From the IMG/VR virus record IMGVR_UViG_3300042540_001399, positions 226,888-290,887 of that record: a stretch of DNA of 64,000 nt. One strand, written 5' to 3'. Below are positions 1 through 7,843 of this stretch, in pieces; position 1 is the first letter of the stretch, and every line of letters begins with the position of its first letter. The notes under the pieces are model-generated. The model did no database searches. It saw only the letters and a list, made by a program, of their open reading frames with translations, and was not told the DNA's origin. The translations under genes and the position numbers were made by a program.

Positions 1-205
1 ATCAAGAAAAGTTAATTTTGTTCAGATTGAAAATAACAGTGATTTTTTAAGTTCTTTAAGAAAAAAAATAAAAAAAAGAATAAGTAATTTAAAAAAAACA
101 ATTAAATTTGTAAAAAAAAGAAGATGAGTTTCCCTACATCCCGGATTAGTGAGAAACTTAAAGAGGGACAAAAGTGGTACACAAGTCCACGACTCATCTT
201 AATTT

Positions 206-277
206 GGTCGGTTCATCTAGGGGTCAGGATACAAGGTTTTCATCCTTGTCACACGGGTTCGAATCCCGTACCGACTA
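206..277 (+). tRNA. tRNA-Glu(TTC)
   Basis: Acceptor GGTCGGT/ACCGACT, anticodon arm CAAGG-TTTTCAT-CCTTG, T arm ACGGG-TTCGAAT-CCCGT; CCA not encoded. Confidence 0.93.
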
Positions 278-302
278 CAAACCTGTCAAGGTAGTACAGG
301 AA

Positions 303-418
303 GGTCAGGAGTGTAATGAGGCACGGTGCCAAGTCCTAAAGACACCACGGTCCAAGAGCAATTTGGACGCGAGAAGTTATAAGGTTGCTCATTGTAGGTT
401 CGAATCCTACCCTGACTT
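303..418 (+). ncRNA. Atypical tRNA-like RNA (116 nt) with enlarged central region
   Basis: Acceptor GGTCAGG/CCTGACT and canonical T arm GTAGG-TTCGAAT-CCTAC; no canonical 7-nt anticodon loop; ~47-nt extra region. Confidence 0.6.
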
Positions 419-420
419 CA

Positions 421-525
421 CGGTTCGGATCATCACCGAATAGTATGCCCAATACGATGAGAAATGAGGTGATACCTCATATGGGACTTCTGATAGATAA
501 AGGATCTATTCGGTTTGACTAACCG
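421..525 (+). ncRNA. Putative structured RNA between tRNA genes
   Basis: ACCGAATAG(435-443)/CTATTCGGT(506-514) perfect 9-bp pairing, internal ATGAGGT-GAT-ACCTCAT hairpin, outer CGGTT/AACCG. Confidence 0.35.
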
Positions 526-574
526 CGGGAAATATCAAAGAGGGTTGAAGAACTACGTACCCTCGAGTCCAATT

Positions 575-649
575 GGTCCATTGGTGTAGTGGCTAACATT
601 CATCCCTGTCACGGATGAGCCGCGAGTTCGATTCTCGCATGGACCGCCA
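575..649 (+). tRNA. tRNA-Asp(GTC)
   Basis: Acceptor GGTCCAT/ATGGACC, anticodon arm CATCC-CTGTCAC-GGATG, T loop TTCGATT, encoded CCA. Confidence 0.95.
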
Positions 650-671
650 AACTTATTAAAAATTAACCATT

Positions 672-941
672 ATGAAAACTTTTCAAGACTTGGAATTTAT
701 AAAAATAAATGATGCACCGTTTATGGTTGGTAAAAAATCCCGTATGCATTTTGATAATGGGTTCGGTGTATCTGTTGTATCACACTCTTATTCATATGGG
801 GGTCGTGATGGTCTTTATGAAGTCGCGGTCCTTGACTCTGACGACAATCTTACCTACGATACTCCAATAACCAATGATGTAATGGGTTACTTAACTGAAC
901 AAGATGTTACTAATGTCATGAAACAAGTTCAAGAGCTATAA
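672..941 (+). CDS. Hypothetical phage protein (89 aa)
   Basis: Clean ATG ORF with A-rich leader; no recognised motif. Confidence 0.7.
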   Translation: MKTFQDLEFIKINDAPFMVGKKSRMHFDNGFGVSVVSHSYSYGGRDGLYEVAVLDSDDNLTYDTPITNDVMGYLTEQDVTNVMKQVQEL

Positions 942-1026
942 AAGATGACAGTTTTTTTATTCATAACATTTTTAACGACACTTTTTTTGTTGAGAAAAAA
1001 AAGAAAGTTTTAAGTAGATAAAAAAA

Positions 1027-1100
1027 GGTCTCTTAGCTCATTAGGTTAGAGCAACTGACTCATAATCAGTAGGTGGTTGGTTCGATCCCAACAGGGACCA
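1027..1100 (+). tRNA. tRNA-Ile2/Met(CAT), most like the lysidine-type Ile2
   Basis: Acceptor GGTCTCT/AGGGACC, anticodon arm CTGA-CTCATAA-TCAG, overall resemblance to bacterial ileX-type tRNAs. Confidence 0.9.
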
Positions 1101-1145
1101 CAAAAGTATTGAATATTTTAAAACAGAAATTATTATTTATAATAT

Positions 1146-1219
1146 GCACCCGTAGCTCAGCTGGATAGAGCAACTGCCTTCTAAGCAGTAGGTCAATGGT
1201 TCGAATCCATTCGGGTGTA
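1146..1219 (+). tRNA. tRNA-Arg(TCT)
   Basis: Acceptor GCACCCG/CGGGTGT, anticodon arm ACTGC-CTTCTAA-GCAGT, T loop TTCGAAT. Confidence 0.95.
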
Positions 1220-1260
1220 CTTTTTTTTTATTTTTTTTTTGGAAATCAAAAAGTTTCCTG

Positions 1261-1268
1261 TATCTTTG
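1261..1268 (+). promoter_or_regulatory. Bacteroidota-type -7 promoter element (TAnnTTTG)
   Basis: TATCTTTG 23 nt upstream of the ATG at 1292. Confidence 0.5.
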
Positions 1269-1291
1269 TTGAAATAAATAACGATAAAGAT

Positions 1292-2041
1292 ATGACAACA
1301 GACATCACAGCACAGGTAAAAAATTACAACGGTAAAAATTCATTCATTTTGAAAATGAAAGACGCAATTAGTAAATATGGATCACTTACTGTGAACCAAA
1401 AATCTGCAGTAGAAAAAATTTTTAAGAATGTTGATGAAGTAAAGTCAGTTGAAATGACTGAAGATCTTAAGAAAATTGCATCCTATGACGGGCCAAATTC
1501 TTTTGTTTTGGATATTAAAAATAAACTTACTCAATATGGTAAACTTTCTGAAAAACAAATTTCGGCTGGTTTGAAGCAAATCGACAAAGAACAAAACAAA
1601 ACTGTTGTTCGTAAAGTTAATGTACCAGCAATTGGTGATACTATCAAAGTTGGTAGAAAAATTGGTCAACAACTTAAAGAAAAATACGGTCTTAATTTTA
1701 ACCCAATTTTGTTGGACATCACAAAAGTTTTATCGTTTTCTGCTAAAGCTGTAAAATTTTCAGGTAAAATGACCGTAAAACGTGGTGACGTTTGTGTGTG
1801 TTGTGCAAAAACTCTTACCGATGAGTTTTCAATGTTAACTAAAATGGGTAAGACATGTGCGAAACACATGGGTGTTGAGTACATCACAGACGCAAGTGAG
1901 GCGGATAAATTCCGTGAAGAGTACCTACGTCGTGTTGAAGAAATTGGTGAAATGGAATTTTGGGTTCCAAATTCCCAAATTAAATCTTGGGAAGGAGACA
2001 CTAATGTTCTTCAAAAAATGTCACACCTTTGGTTCAAATAA
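1292..2041 (+). CDS. Hypothetical protein with C-terminal DUF6011-like zinc-finger
   Basis: CxxC...LTD..S...MG..C motif (CVCCAKTLTDEFSMLTKMGKTC); start moved to ATG 1292 because the track's 1196 start lies inside tRNA-Arg. Confidence 0.7.
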   Translation: MTTDITAQVKNYNGKNSFILKMKDAISKYGSLTVNQKSAVEKIFKNVDEVKSVEMTEDLKKIASYDGPNSFVLDIKNKLTQYGKLSEKQISAGLKQIDKEQNKTVVRKVNVPAIGDTIKVGRKIGQQLKEKYGLNFNPILLDITKVLSFSAKAVKFSGKMTVKRGDVCVCCAKTLTDEFSMLTKMGKTCAKHMGVEYITDASEADKFREEYLRRVEEIGEMEFWVPNSQIKSWEGDTNVLQKMSHLWFK

Positions 2042-2136
2042 AAAAAAAGTGGGGTTTGTTCATCAATAGAACGGCCCCACTCATTTTGTATTTTTTTGTT
2101 AAAATTTTTTATTATTTATATTATAAACATCATCAC

Positions 2137-2226
2137 ATGGACAACTCAATCATAGCGGCAATATTAACACCAATAGTTCTATTTGGTATTTTTCTTTATT
2201 TCTACTTTACAGATAAAGAATACTAA
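2137..2226 (+). CDS. 29-aa single-pass membrane peptide
   Basis: MDNSIIAAILTPIVLFGIFLYFYFTDKEY; TATTTAT motif at 2113-2119. Confidence 0.45.
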   Translation: MDNSIIAAILTPIVLFGIFLYFYFTDKEY

Positions 2227-2230
2227 AGTT

Positions 2231-2839
2231 TTATTTTATATCGGTAGACTCTAAAAGTGTGTAAGAAAATTTGTTACCATGGATTTTTGCCGCTTTTTTA
2301 CATATTGACATAAATTCATCAAAATCTTTAACTCTTTTAAATACCTGACATCCTTCGGACCAATTTTCAACCCAAGTCGAGTCCTGACCGGCTTTGTGTA
2401 TGTTAATACCAAACATTCCTGTGTCTGTTTTAGTTTCTTCAAAAATTAAATCTTTATTAGAATCTCTCCAAACTGTTACATTACCTAATCTTTGGCAAAG
2501 AGCGTCGTATTTCCCTTGATGTTTATCAATTTTCCAAACACCTCGATACTGGCCGGGTACTAATCTTGCAACGCCATTTTTGTTGTGAAATTCCATGACC
2601 CCTTTTTTACCAGGATCACATGTTGCCATCCAACAATGAAATTTCCAACTGCCTGTTTCGTCTTTATAAGTTATCGTTAGACAATCATCAAAAACATTTG
2701 TGACTTTGTCAGCAACACTTGGTTCATTATTTCTAACACCAACAATATTTACATCATAACCTTTGTTAGATGCGTCGTCAAACCATTTAAAATTTTTTGA
2801 TTTGACAGTAGTTTCTATTTGTTCTTTTGTATAACACAT
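2231..2839 (-). CDS. L,D-transpeptidase (YkuD)-like protein
   Basis: C-terminal GINIH...WSEGCQV resembles the H-x(14-17)-S-x-G-C catalytic motif. Confidence 0.5.
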   Translation of the reverse strand: MCYTKEQIETTVKSKNFKWFDDASNKGYDVNIVGVRNNEPSVADKVTNVFDDCLTITYKDETGSWKFHCWMATCDPGKKGVMEFHNKNGVARLVPGQYRGVWKIDKHQGKYDALCQRLGNVTVWRDSNKDLIFEETKTDTGMFGINIHKAGQDSTWVENWSEGCQVFKRVKDFDEFMSICKKAAKIHGNKFSYTLLESTDIK

Positions 2840-2904
2840 AATATATTTTTTTTTATAAATATAAAGTTTTTCAAAAAGTAAATAGTTTGATAATATTTAT
2901 TAAT

Positions 2905-4662
2905 ATGTCAAAATTGTCTAAAGTATCTTTTTTTATTTCGATAGTGATTATGTCAATTTATTTTGTGACACAATCTTTACTTGTGACAGGAAACATAAGT
3001 TATAGTAAAAATATCGGTTATGCTGGATATATATGTTTTTTACTTTTTGTATCTTTTTTTGGGATTTACATTTATGAATATTTGAAAAAAAACAAAAAAA
3101 TAAAAAAAAGAAGTGATTACGTTAAAAAATTAAATGAAACATTAATATATCAATCATTAAATTCTTCTTTTTTCGAAGGTAACACGTCAGAAGGCGCTAA
3201 AGTTCTAACTAAAGAAGTCAGTAATTCAATCAATGCTGACAGATGCTCAGTTTGGTTGTACAATACAGACAGAACTTCAATTATTTGTCAACAATTGTAT
3301 TCCAAAAAAACTGACAGCTGGGAACAAAATTATGAATTATTAAAAGAAGATTATAAACCTTATTTTTTATCTCTTTTATTAAATCCTATCATAGTTGCAA
3401 ATGATGCAAGAAATCATAGTGCAACATCATGTTTTAAAGACACTTATCTTGACCCATTGGGTATTAAATCTATGCTTGATGTTCCCATTTCCTACAAGGG
3501 AGACACTATTGGGGTAATATGTATTGAAAATTTTGATTTTAGAATTTGGGACCAAGTTGAAATTGATTTTGCTCAAATGTTATCAGCATTATATTCATTT
3601 GCATATTCAATAAAAGAAAATAATAATGTTAATAAGACAATTGATGATATTGAAGGATTTATAGATCATTCGGTATTAGTAAGTAAAACGGATTCTAAGG
3701 GTAAGATAGTTTATGTGAATAAAAAGTTTGAAGATGTTTCTGGTTGGAAACTTAGTCAGGTAATAGGAAAAGATCATAACATTGTTAATTCAGGAAAACA
3801 TACCAAAAATTTTTGGAAAGACATGTATAAAACAACAGTAGAAAAAAGAAAGATTTGGAACCAAATAGTTACAAATAAAACAAAAAAAGGTGAACTTTAT
3901 TGGGTTGATTCTTATATAATGGCAGAATTTGACGAACAAGATTGTTTAAAAGGGTTTATGTCTATAAGGTATGATGTTACAGATTTGATAAAAAAAACTG
4001 AAGAAATAGCGAAGAAAAATGTTTATTTGGAACATGCCGCAAAAATATTAAGACATGATATGCATTCAGGAATTAATACTTACATACCAAGAGGGATAAG
4101 TTCGTTAGAAAGAAGATTGAGTGATAACCAAATTCAAGAATATAAATTGGAAGCCCCTTTGAAAATGTTGAAAGAAGGTCTCAAACACGCTCAGAAAGTT
4201 TATAAAGGTGTTTATGAATTTACTAATTTAGTAAAAAAAGATTCAGTGCTCAACAAAACTAAAGTAAACTTAAAAGAAATATTAGAAAGTTACCTATCAA
4301 CAACATCATATAAATCACAAGTTGTAATTGATACTTTAGAAGACCATGAAGTTAATGAACCTTTATTTTGTACCGCCATCGATAATTTAATTAGAAATGG
4401 CCTCAAATATAATGACAATGATAACAAATTTGTACATTTATATATGGAAGATTTTCAGTTGGTAATTCAGGATAATGGAAGGGGGCTGTCACAAGAAGAA
4501 TTTGACAATTTATCGAAACCATACGTAAGAAAAGAAAACCAAAAAGAAAGTGGTAGTGGTTTAGGTTTAAATATATGTTTAGCAATACTCAAAGAACACG
4601 GATTCAGCGTTTCTTGTGAAAAAAACCATATAGGCACTAAAATTAAAATTAAATTCAAATGA
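2905..4662 (+). CDS. Membrane sensor histidine kinase, 2TM-GAF-PAS-HisKA-HATPase (HK1)
   Basis: Two N-terminal TM helices; GAF (ADRCSVWL...IKSMLDVPI..GVICIE); PAS (YVNKKFEDVSGW..GKDHNIVNSG..NKTKKGELYWV); H box LRHDMH; N box NLIRNGLKYN; G1 QDNGRGL; G2 GSGLGLNIC; start set at ATG 2905. Confidence 0.92.
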   Translation: MSKLSKVSFFISIVIMSIYFVTQSLLVTGNISYSKNIGYAGYICFLLFVSFFGIYIYEYLKKNKKIKKRSDYVKKLNETLIYQSLNSSFFEGNTSEGAKVLTKEVSNSINADRCSVWLYNTDRTSIICQQLYSKKTDSWEQNYELLKEDYKPYFLSLLLNPIIVANDARNHSATSCFKDTYLDPLGIKSMLDVPISYKGDTIGVICIENFDFRIWDQVEIDFAQMLSALYSFAYSIKENNNVNKTIDDIEGFIDHSVLVSKTDSKGKIVYVNKKFEDVSGWKLSQVIGKDHNIVNSGKHTKNFWKDMYKTTVEKRKIWNQIVTNKTKKGELYWVDSYIMAEFDEQDCLKGFMSIRYDVTDLIKKTEEIAKKNVYLEHAAKILRHDMHSGINTYIPRGISSLERRLSDNQIQEYKLEAPLKMLKEGLKHAQKVYKGVYEFTNLVKKDSVLNKTKVNLKEILESYLSTTSYKSQVVIDTLEDHEVNEPLFCTAIDNLIRNGLKYNDNDNKFVHLYMEDFQLVIQDNGRGLSQEEFDNLSKPYVRKENQKESGSGLGLNICLAILKEHGFSVSCEKNHIGTKIKIKFK

Positions 4663-5261
4663 AAAAAATTTTTTTATTATTCAACTTTTTATTTATAACT
4701 TTTTTGTTACACGGACAAAATTCTTACCCAATCCAAACAATTTTAAAGGGTGATTCAGTTGTAATTTATACCACAGATCAATCAAATGATTTGAATTTGA
4801 CAATAGAAAATCAAAGATTCTTATCATCTACTTATAAAACTAAACTTGAAGACTATAGTAAAAAAATTGACAGTTTAGAAAAAAACATAAATAATAAACA
4901 GATGGTAATAGATAGTTTATATTTAACACATAAAAATCAAGACAGTTTACAACAAAGATTATACGTACTTGAAAATTGGTTAATAAAAGCATCAATTGAC
5001 AACTCTTACATTTATATGTCATGGCCAGATCATACTATTAAATTTGTGGATTTAACATTATATACAGTTCATTGTAGTATGCAAAATGGTACTTTAAGAA
5101 TGATTAGAAGAGGACCAAATGATGAATTTGAAATTTGGAAAGGATTAAATTATATTAGAAAAGAAAGTCCAGAAATTGGTTGGGAAATGAAATATACTGA
5201 AGACGAACGACCAATAGTAAAAAATCTACCAATAAACATAAAAATTAACGACTACAAATAA
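4659..5261 (+). CDS. Secreted/periplasmic coiled-coil protein
   Basis: Signal-peptide-like N-terminus MKKIFLLFNFLFITFLLHG, heptad region; ATGA overlap with HK1. Confidence 0.75.
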   Translation: MKKIFLLFNFLFITFLLHGQNSYPIQTILKGDSVVIYTTDQSNDLNLTIENQRFLSSTYKTKLEDYSKKIDSLEKNINNKQMVIDSLYLTHKNQDSLQQRLYVLENWLIKASIDNSYIYMSWPDHTIKFVDLTLYTVHCSMQNGTLRMIRRGPNDEFEIWKGLNYIRKESPEIGWEMKYTEDERPIVKNLPINIKINDYK

Positions 5262-5262
5262 G

Positions 5263-6717
5263 ATGAAAAAAATAATTTTTATTCTTTTAATATTGTTTTC
5301 ATTCTACAATATAACAATCGCACAAGGACTTATCAAAAATAAAAAAGAAATTACCGAGTCTATGTGGGATCAAGGAGTGCCTGTCTTACCTGAAGATGAA
5401 TATATTTCATCTTTAATTGATAAAGTTGGATTCGATAACTTAAGACAAAGAAATAAAGCCGTTAACAAAGAAGAAGCTAAATTGTGTAGAGAAATTGGTA
5501 TTGCTTTTTACAATAGAGAAATGTATGAAGCTGCTGATTGGTATTTGGAAAGAGTACGAGGTTTTGTTGAAGTTGTTGAACTTGAACCTGAAATAGTTTT
5601 TGAAACTAAAAAAGAAGAAACCGAAGAACCTTCAGAAGATTTATCTGTGGAAGATTTGAAAAGTCTACAGTCAGACAAGGTTTTTTTACAAAACCTACCA
5701 AAAAGTTATGAAAATGTTTCACCTACAGATATGAAAAAATTGGCAGAAGAAATTGAAGGTCAAATAGAAAAACTTATTAAAGAAAAGGAAGAATTACTAA
5801 AAAGACACGCTCCTAAAGAAGTGATAGATGCTAAAGATGCGACTATAGGGTCATTAGGAAAAGAAAAAAAAATCATAGACCTATCAATAGATAAAGACAA
5901 ACTTAAAAATGAAACAAAAGTTTTGGGTATTGAAAAAAGAAATTTGAAATTTTATTTAAATTGGGCAATAGCTATAGGTTTGATATTAATATTAATAATA
6001 TTTGTTTTAATACAGAGAAAAACTATCAAAGGACAGGATAAAGAAATTGATAAACAACTAAATGACATAAATACTAAAAACACGTATTTAGAACATGCGG
6101 CAAGAATAATCAGACATGATATGCATTCTGGTATAAACACATATATTCCAAGGGGTATATCTTCTTTGGAAAAAAGGCTGACTGTCGACGACATGAAAAA
6201 TCTTAAGATCGAAGGTCCAATAAAGATGATTCGTGAAGGTTTAAATCACACCCAAAAAGTTTATAAAAATGTTTATGAATTTACAAATTTAGTTAAACAA
6301 AATGTTGTTTTAGAAAAAACCAAACAAAATATAAAAAATACTTTAGAACAGTTTTTTGTAAAAACATCATACTATAATCAAATCAAAATAAAGAATCTCC
6401 CGACTTTAGAAATTAATGAAGTTCTTTTTTGTGGGGCAATTGAAAACTTTGTGAAAAATGGTCTAAAATACAATAATAACGAAAATAAAGAAGTTTTAAT
6501 TTTTGAAGAAGATAATTATATAGTAGTACAAGATAATGGTATTGGTATGACATCAACTGAATTTGAAAAACAAATTAAAATAGTTTCTAAAGAAGATATT
6601 GGTGAAATCGGTTTAGGCTTAAATATTTCAATTGCCATTTTAAAAGAACACGGATTTAGTGTTGAATGTGAAAAAAATGAAATTGGAACTAAAATAAAAA
6701 TTAAATTTAAAAGTTAA
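5263..6717 (+). CDS. Sensor histidine kinase with extracytoplasmic helical domain (HK2)
   Basis: Signal peptide, TPR-like helices and coiled coil, one TM (WAIAIGLILILIIFVLI), H box IRHDMH, N box NFVKNGLKYN, G1 QDNGIGM, short G2 EIGLGLNIS. Confidence 0.88.
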   Translation: MKKIIFILLILFSFYNITIAQGLIKNKKEITESMWDQGVPVLPEDEYISSLIDKVGFDNLRQRNKAVNKEEAKLCREIGIAFYNREMYEAADWYLERVRGFVEVVELEPEIVFETKKEETEEPSEDLSVEDLKSLQSDKVFLQNLPKSYENVSPTDMKKLAEEIEGQIEKLIKEKEELLKRHAPKEVIDAKDATIGSLGKEKKIIDLSIDKDKLKNETKVLGIEKRNLKFYLNWAIAIGLILILIIFVLIQRKTIKGQDKEIDKQLNDINTKNTYLEHAARIIRHDMHSGINTYIPRGISSLEKRLTVDDMKNLKIEGPIKMIREGLNHTQKVYKNVYEFTNLVKQNVVLEKTKQNIKNTLEQFFVKTSYYNQIKIKNLPTLEINEVLFCGAIENFVKNGLKYNNNENKEVLIFEEDNYIVVQDNGIGMTSTEFEKQIKIVSKEDIGEIGLGLNISIAILKEHGFSVECEKNEIGTKIKIKFKS

Positions 6718-6721
6718 AAAA

Positions 6722-7159
6722 ATGATTGATTCTATTTTATTAGTTGATGATGAGGATTTATTCCACTTGGTGTTTGAAGACGCTTGTTCTTTATTGGACA
6801 TAAGTTTATCTTTAAAATCTATAAATAGTGCAGATGAAGCGGCATCAATGTTTAAAAAATGGTTAGAAGAAAAAACACCAGAAAGTAGACCTGAATGTGT
6901 TTTTGTTGATCTTAATATAATTGGTAGTTCATTTGATGGTATTGAACTTATAAGAAAAATAAATTTCGAATACGGAAATCATGTTGTAATAGGAATTATT
7001 TCATCATCTAACGAACCAGAAGAACAAGCTAAAGCACTACAAGCAGGTGCACAATTTTGGATTATAAAATCTGATGAAATTGAACCTAGACTTGAAGAAT
7101 TCAAAAAAGATTATGATCAGTATAAAAACAGAACCGCACCATTTAAAGTATACAAATGA
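6722..7159 (+). CDS. Single-domain response regulator (CheY-like receiver)
   Basis: ILLVDDED acidic pocket, phospho-acceptor in VFVDLN, IISSS, conserved K in WIIK; no output domain. Confidence 0.92.
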   Translation: MIDSILLVDDEDLFHLVFEDACSLLDISLSLKSINSADEAASMFKKWLEEKTPESRPECVFVDLNIIGSSFDGIELIRKINFEYGNHVVIGIISSSNEPEEQAKALQAGAQFWIIKSDEIEPRLEEFKKDYDQYKNRTAPFKVYK

Positions 7160-7833
7160 TTAAAATAGATAGTAATACTAAAAAAACTTTAATTGATCTT
7201 TATAACAAAAAGGGTATAGGTCTTGAAGGTAATATTACTAAACTTATAGATGTTGAAAACGACGAAGAGTTCAAAACGTATTTAAAAGAATGTAAGGCTA
7301 AAGACGAAGAAAAAAGAAAAAAACGTCTTGACATGACAAAAAAAATACAAAAACAAAATGAAGATTTGGTTGTTGCAAACACAGAAAACAATAGAATTAT
7401 GGAGGAACTTCAACAAAGTTTACTTGAAGTTGAAGAATCCAAAACAATTTTTGAAAACCAAAACAAAGAACTCAACGATTGGAAAAAAGAAAATTTAGAA
7501 CTGACTGAAAAATTACAAATTGAAATGTCAAACGCTGAAATGGCTAAGTTAGAAGCCTTGAAGGCTAAGGAAATGGCGGAAAATGATTTAGACTTGTTAC
7601 AGAAAAAAAATCAAACAGAACTTATTTCTACTATAGTCAGAGTTGCTTTATGGGTAATTGTTGGTGTTGGTATAATTACTACTGGTGTTTATATGTTCAC
7701 TTTATTATTAGGTAAAGACACACAGGTTATTAGTGCTGCGTGGTCAAATATTTTTGGTATTTTACTTACCAATGCATTTTCAATAGTGGGTACTATTATG
7801 GGGATTAAATATGCAACTGAAAATAAACAATAA
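7156..7833 (+). CDS. Coiled-coil protein with two C-terminal TM helices
   Basis: Long heptad region then VALWVIVGVGIITTGVYMFTLLL and AAWSNIFGILLTNAFSIVGTIMGI; ATGA overlap with the receiver gene. Confidence 0.8.
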   Translation: MIKIDSNTKKTLIDLYNKKGIGLEGNITKLIDVENDEEFKTYLKECKAKDEEKRKKRLDMTKKIQKQNEDLVVANTENNRIMEELQQSLLEVEESKTIFENQNKELNDWKKENLELTEKLQIEMSNAEMAKLEALKAKEMAENDLDLLQKKNQTELISTIVRVALWVIVGVGIITTGVYMFTLLLGKDTQVISAAWSNIFGILLTNAFSIVGTIMGIKYATENKQ

Positions 7834-7843
7834 AAAATAGATT

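Noticed and set aside
303-418. Amber stop-codon recoding suggested by CTA in the tRNA-like loop
   Set aside because: Terminase, portal, capsid and other long genes read intact under code 11, with no in-frame TAG fragmentation; the loop is non-canonical
174-443. 89-aa ORF in the ORF track
   Set aside because: Overlaps tRNA-Glu and the tRNA-like element; no protein features
278-525. tRNA-associated theta (HDV-like) or hammerhead ribozyme
   Set aside because: Could not map a nested double pseudoknot or a CUGAUGA/GAAA core by eye; needs an Infernal search
1196-1291. N-terminal extension of the 1196-2041 ORF
   Set aside because: Begins inside tRNA-Arg and crosses a promoter element; ATG 1292 is the better start
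2905-7159. Host chromosomal contamination or chimeric assembly as the origin of the two-component genes
   Set aside because: Same AT-rich composition, the phage TATTTAT motif at the start and tight coupling to the endolysin argue for a phage origin; read coverage would confirm
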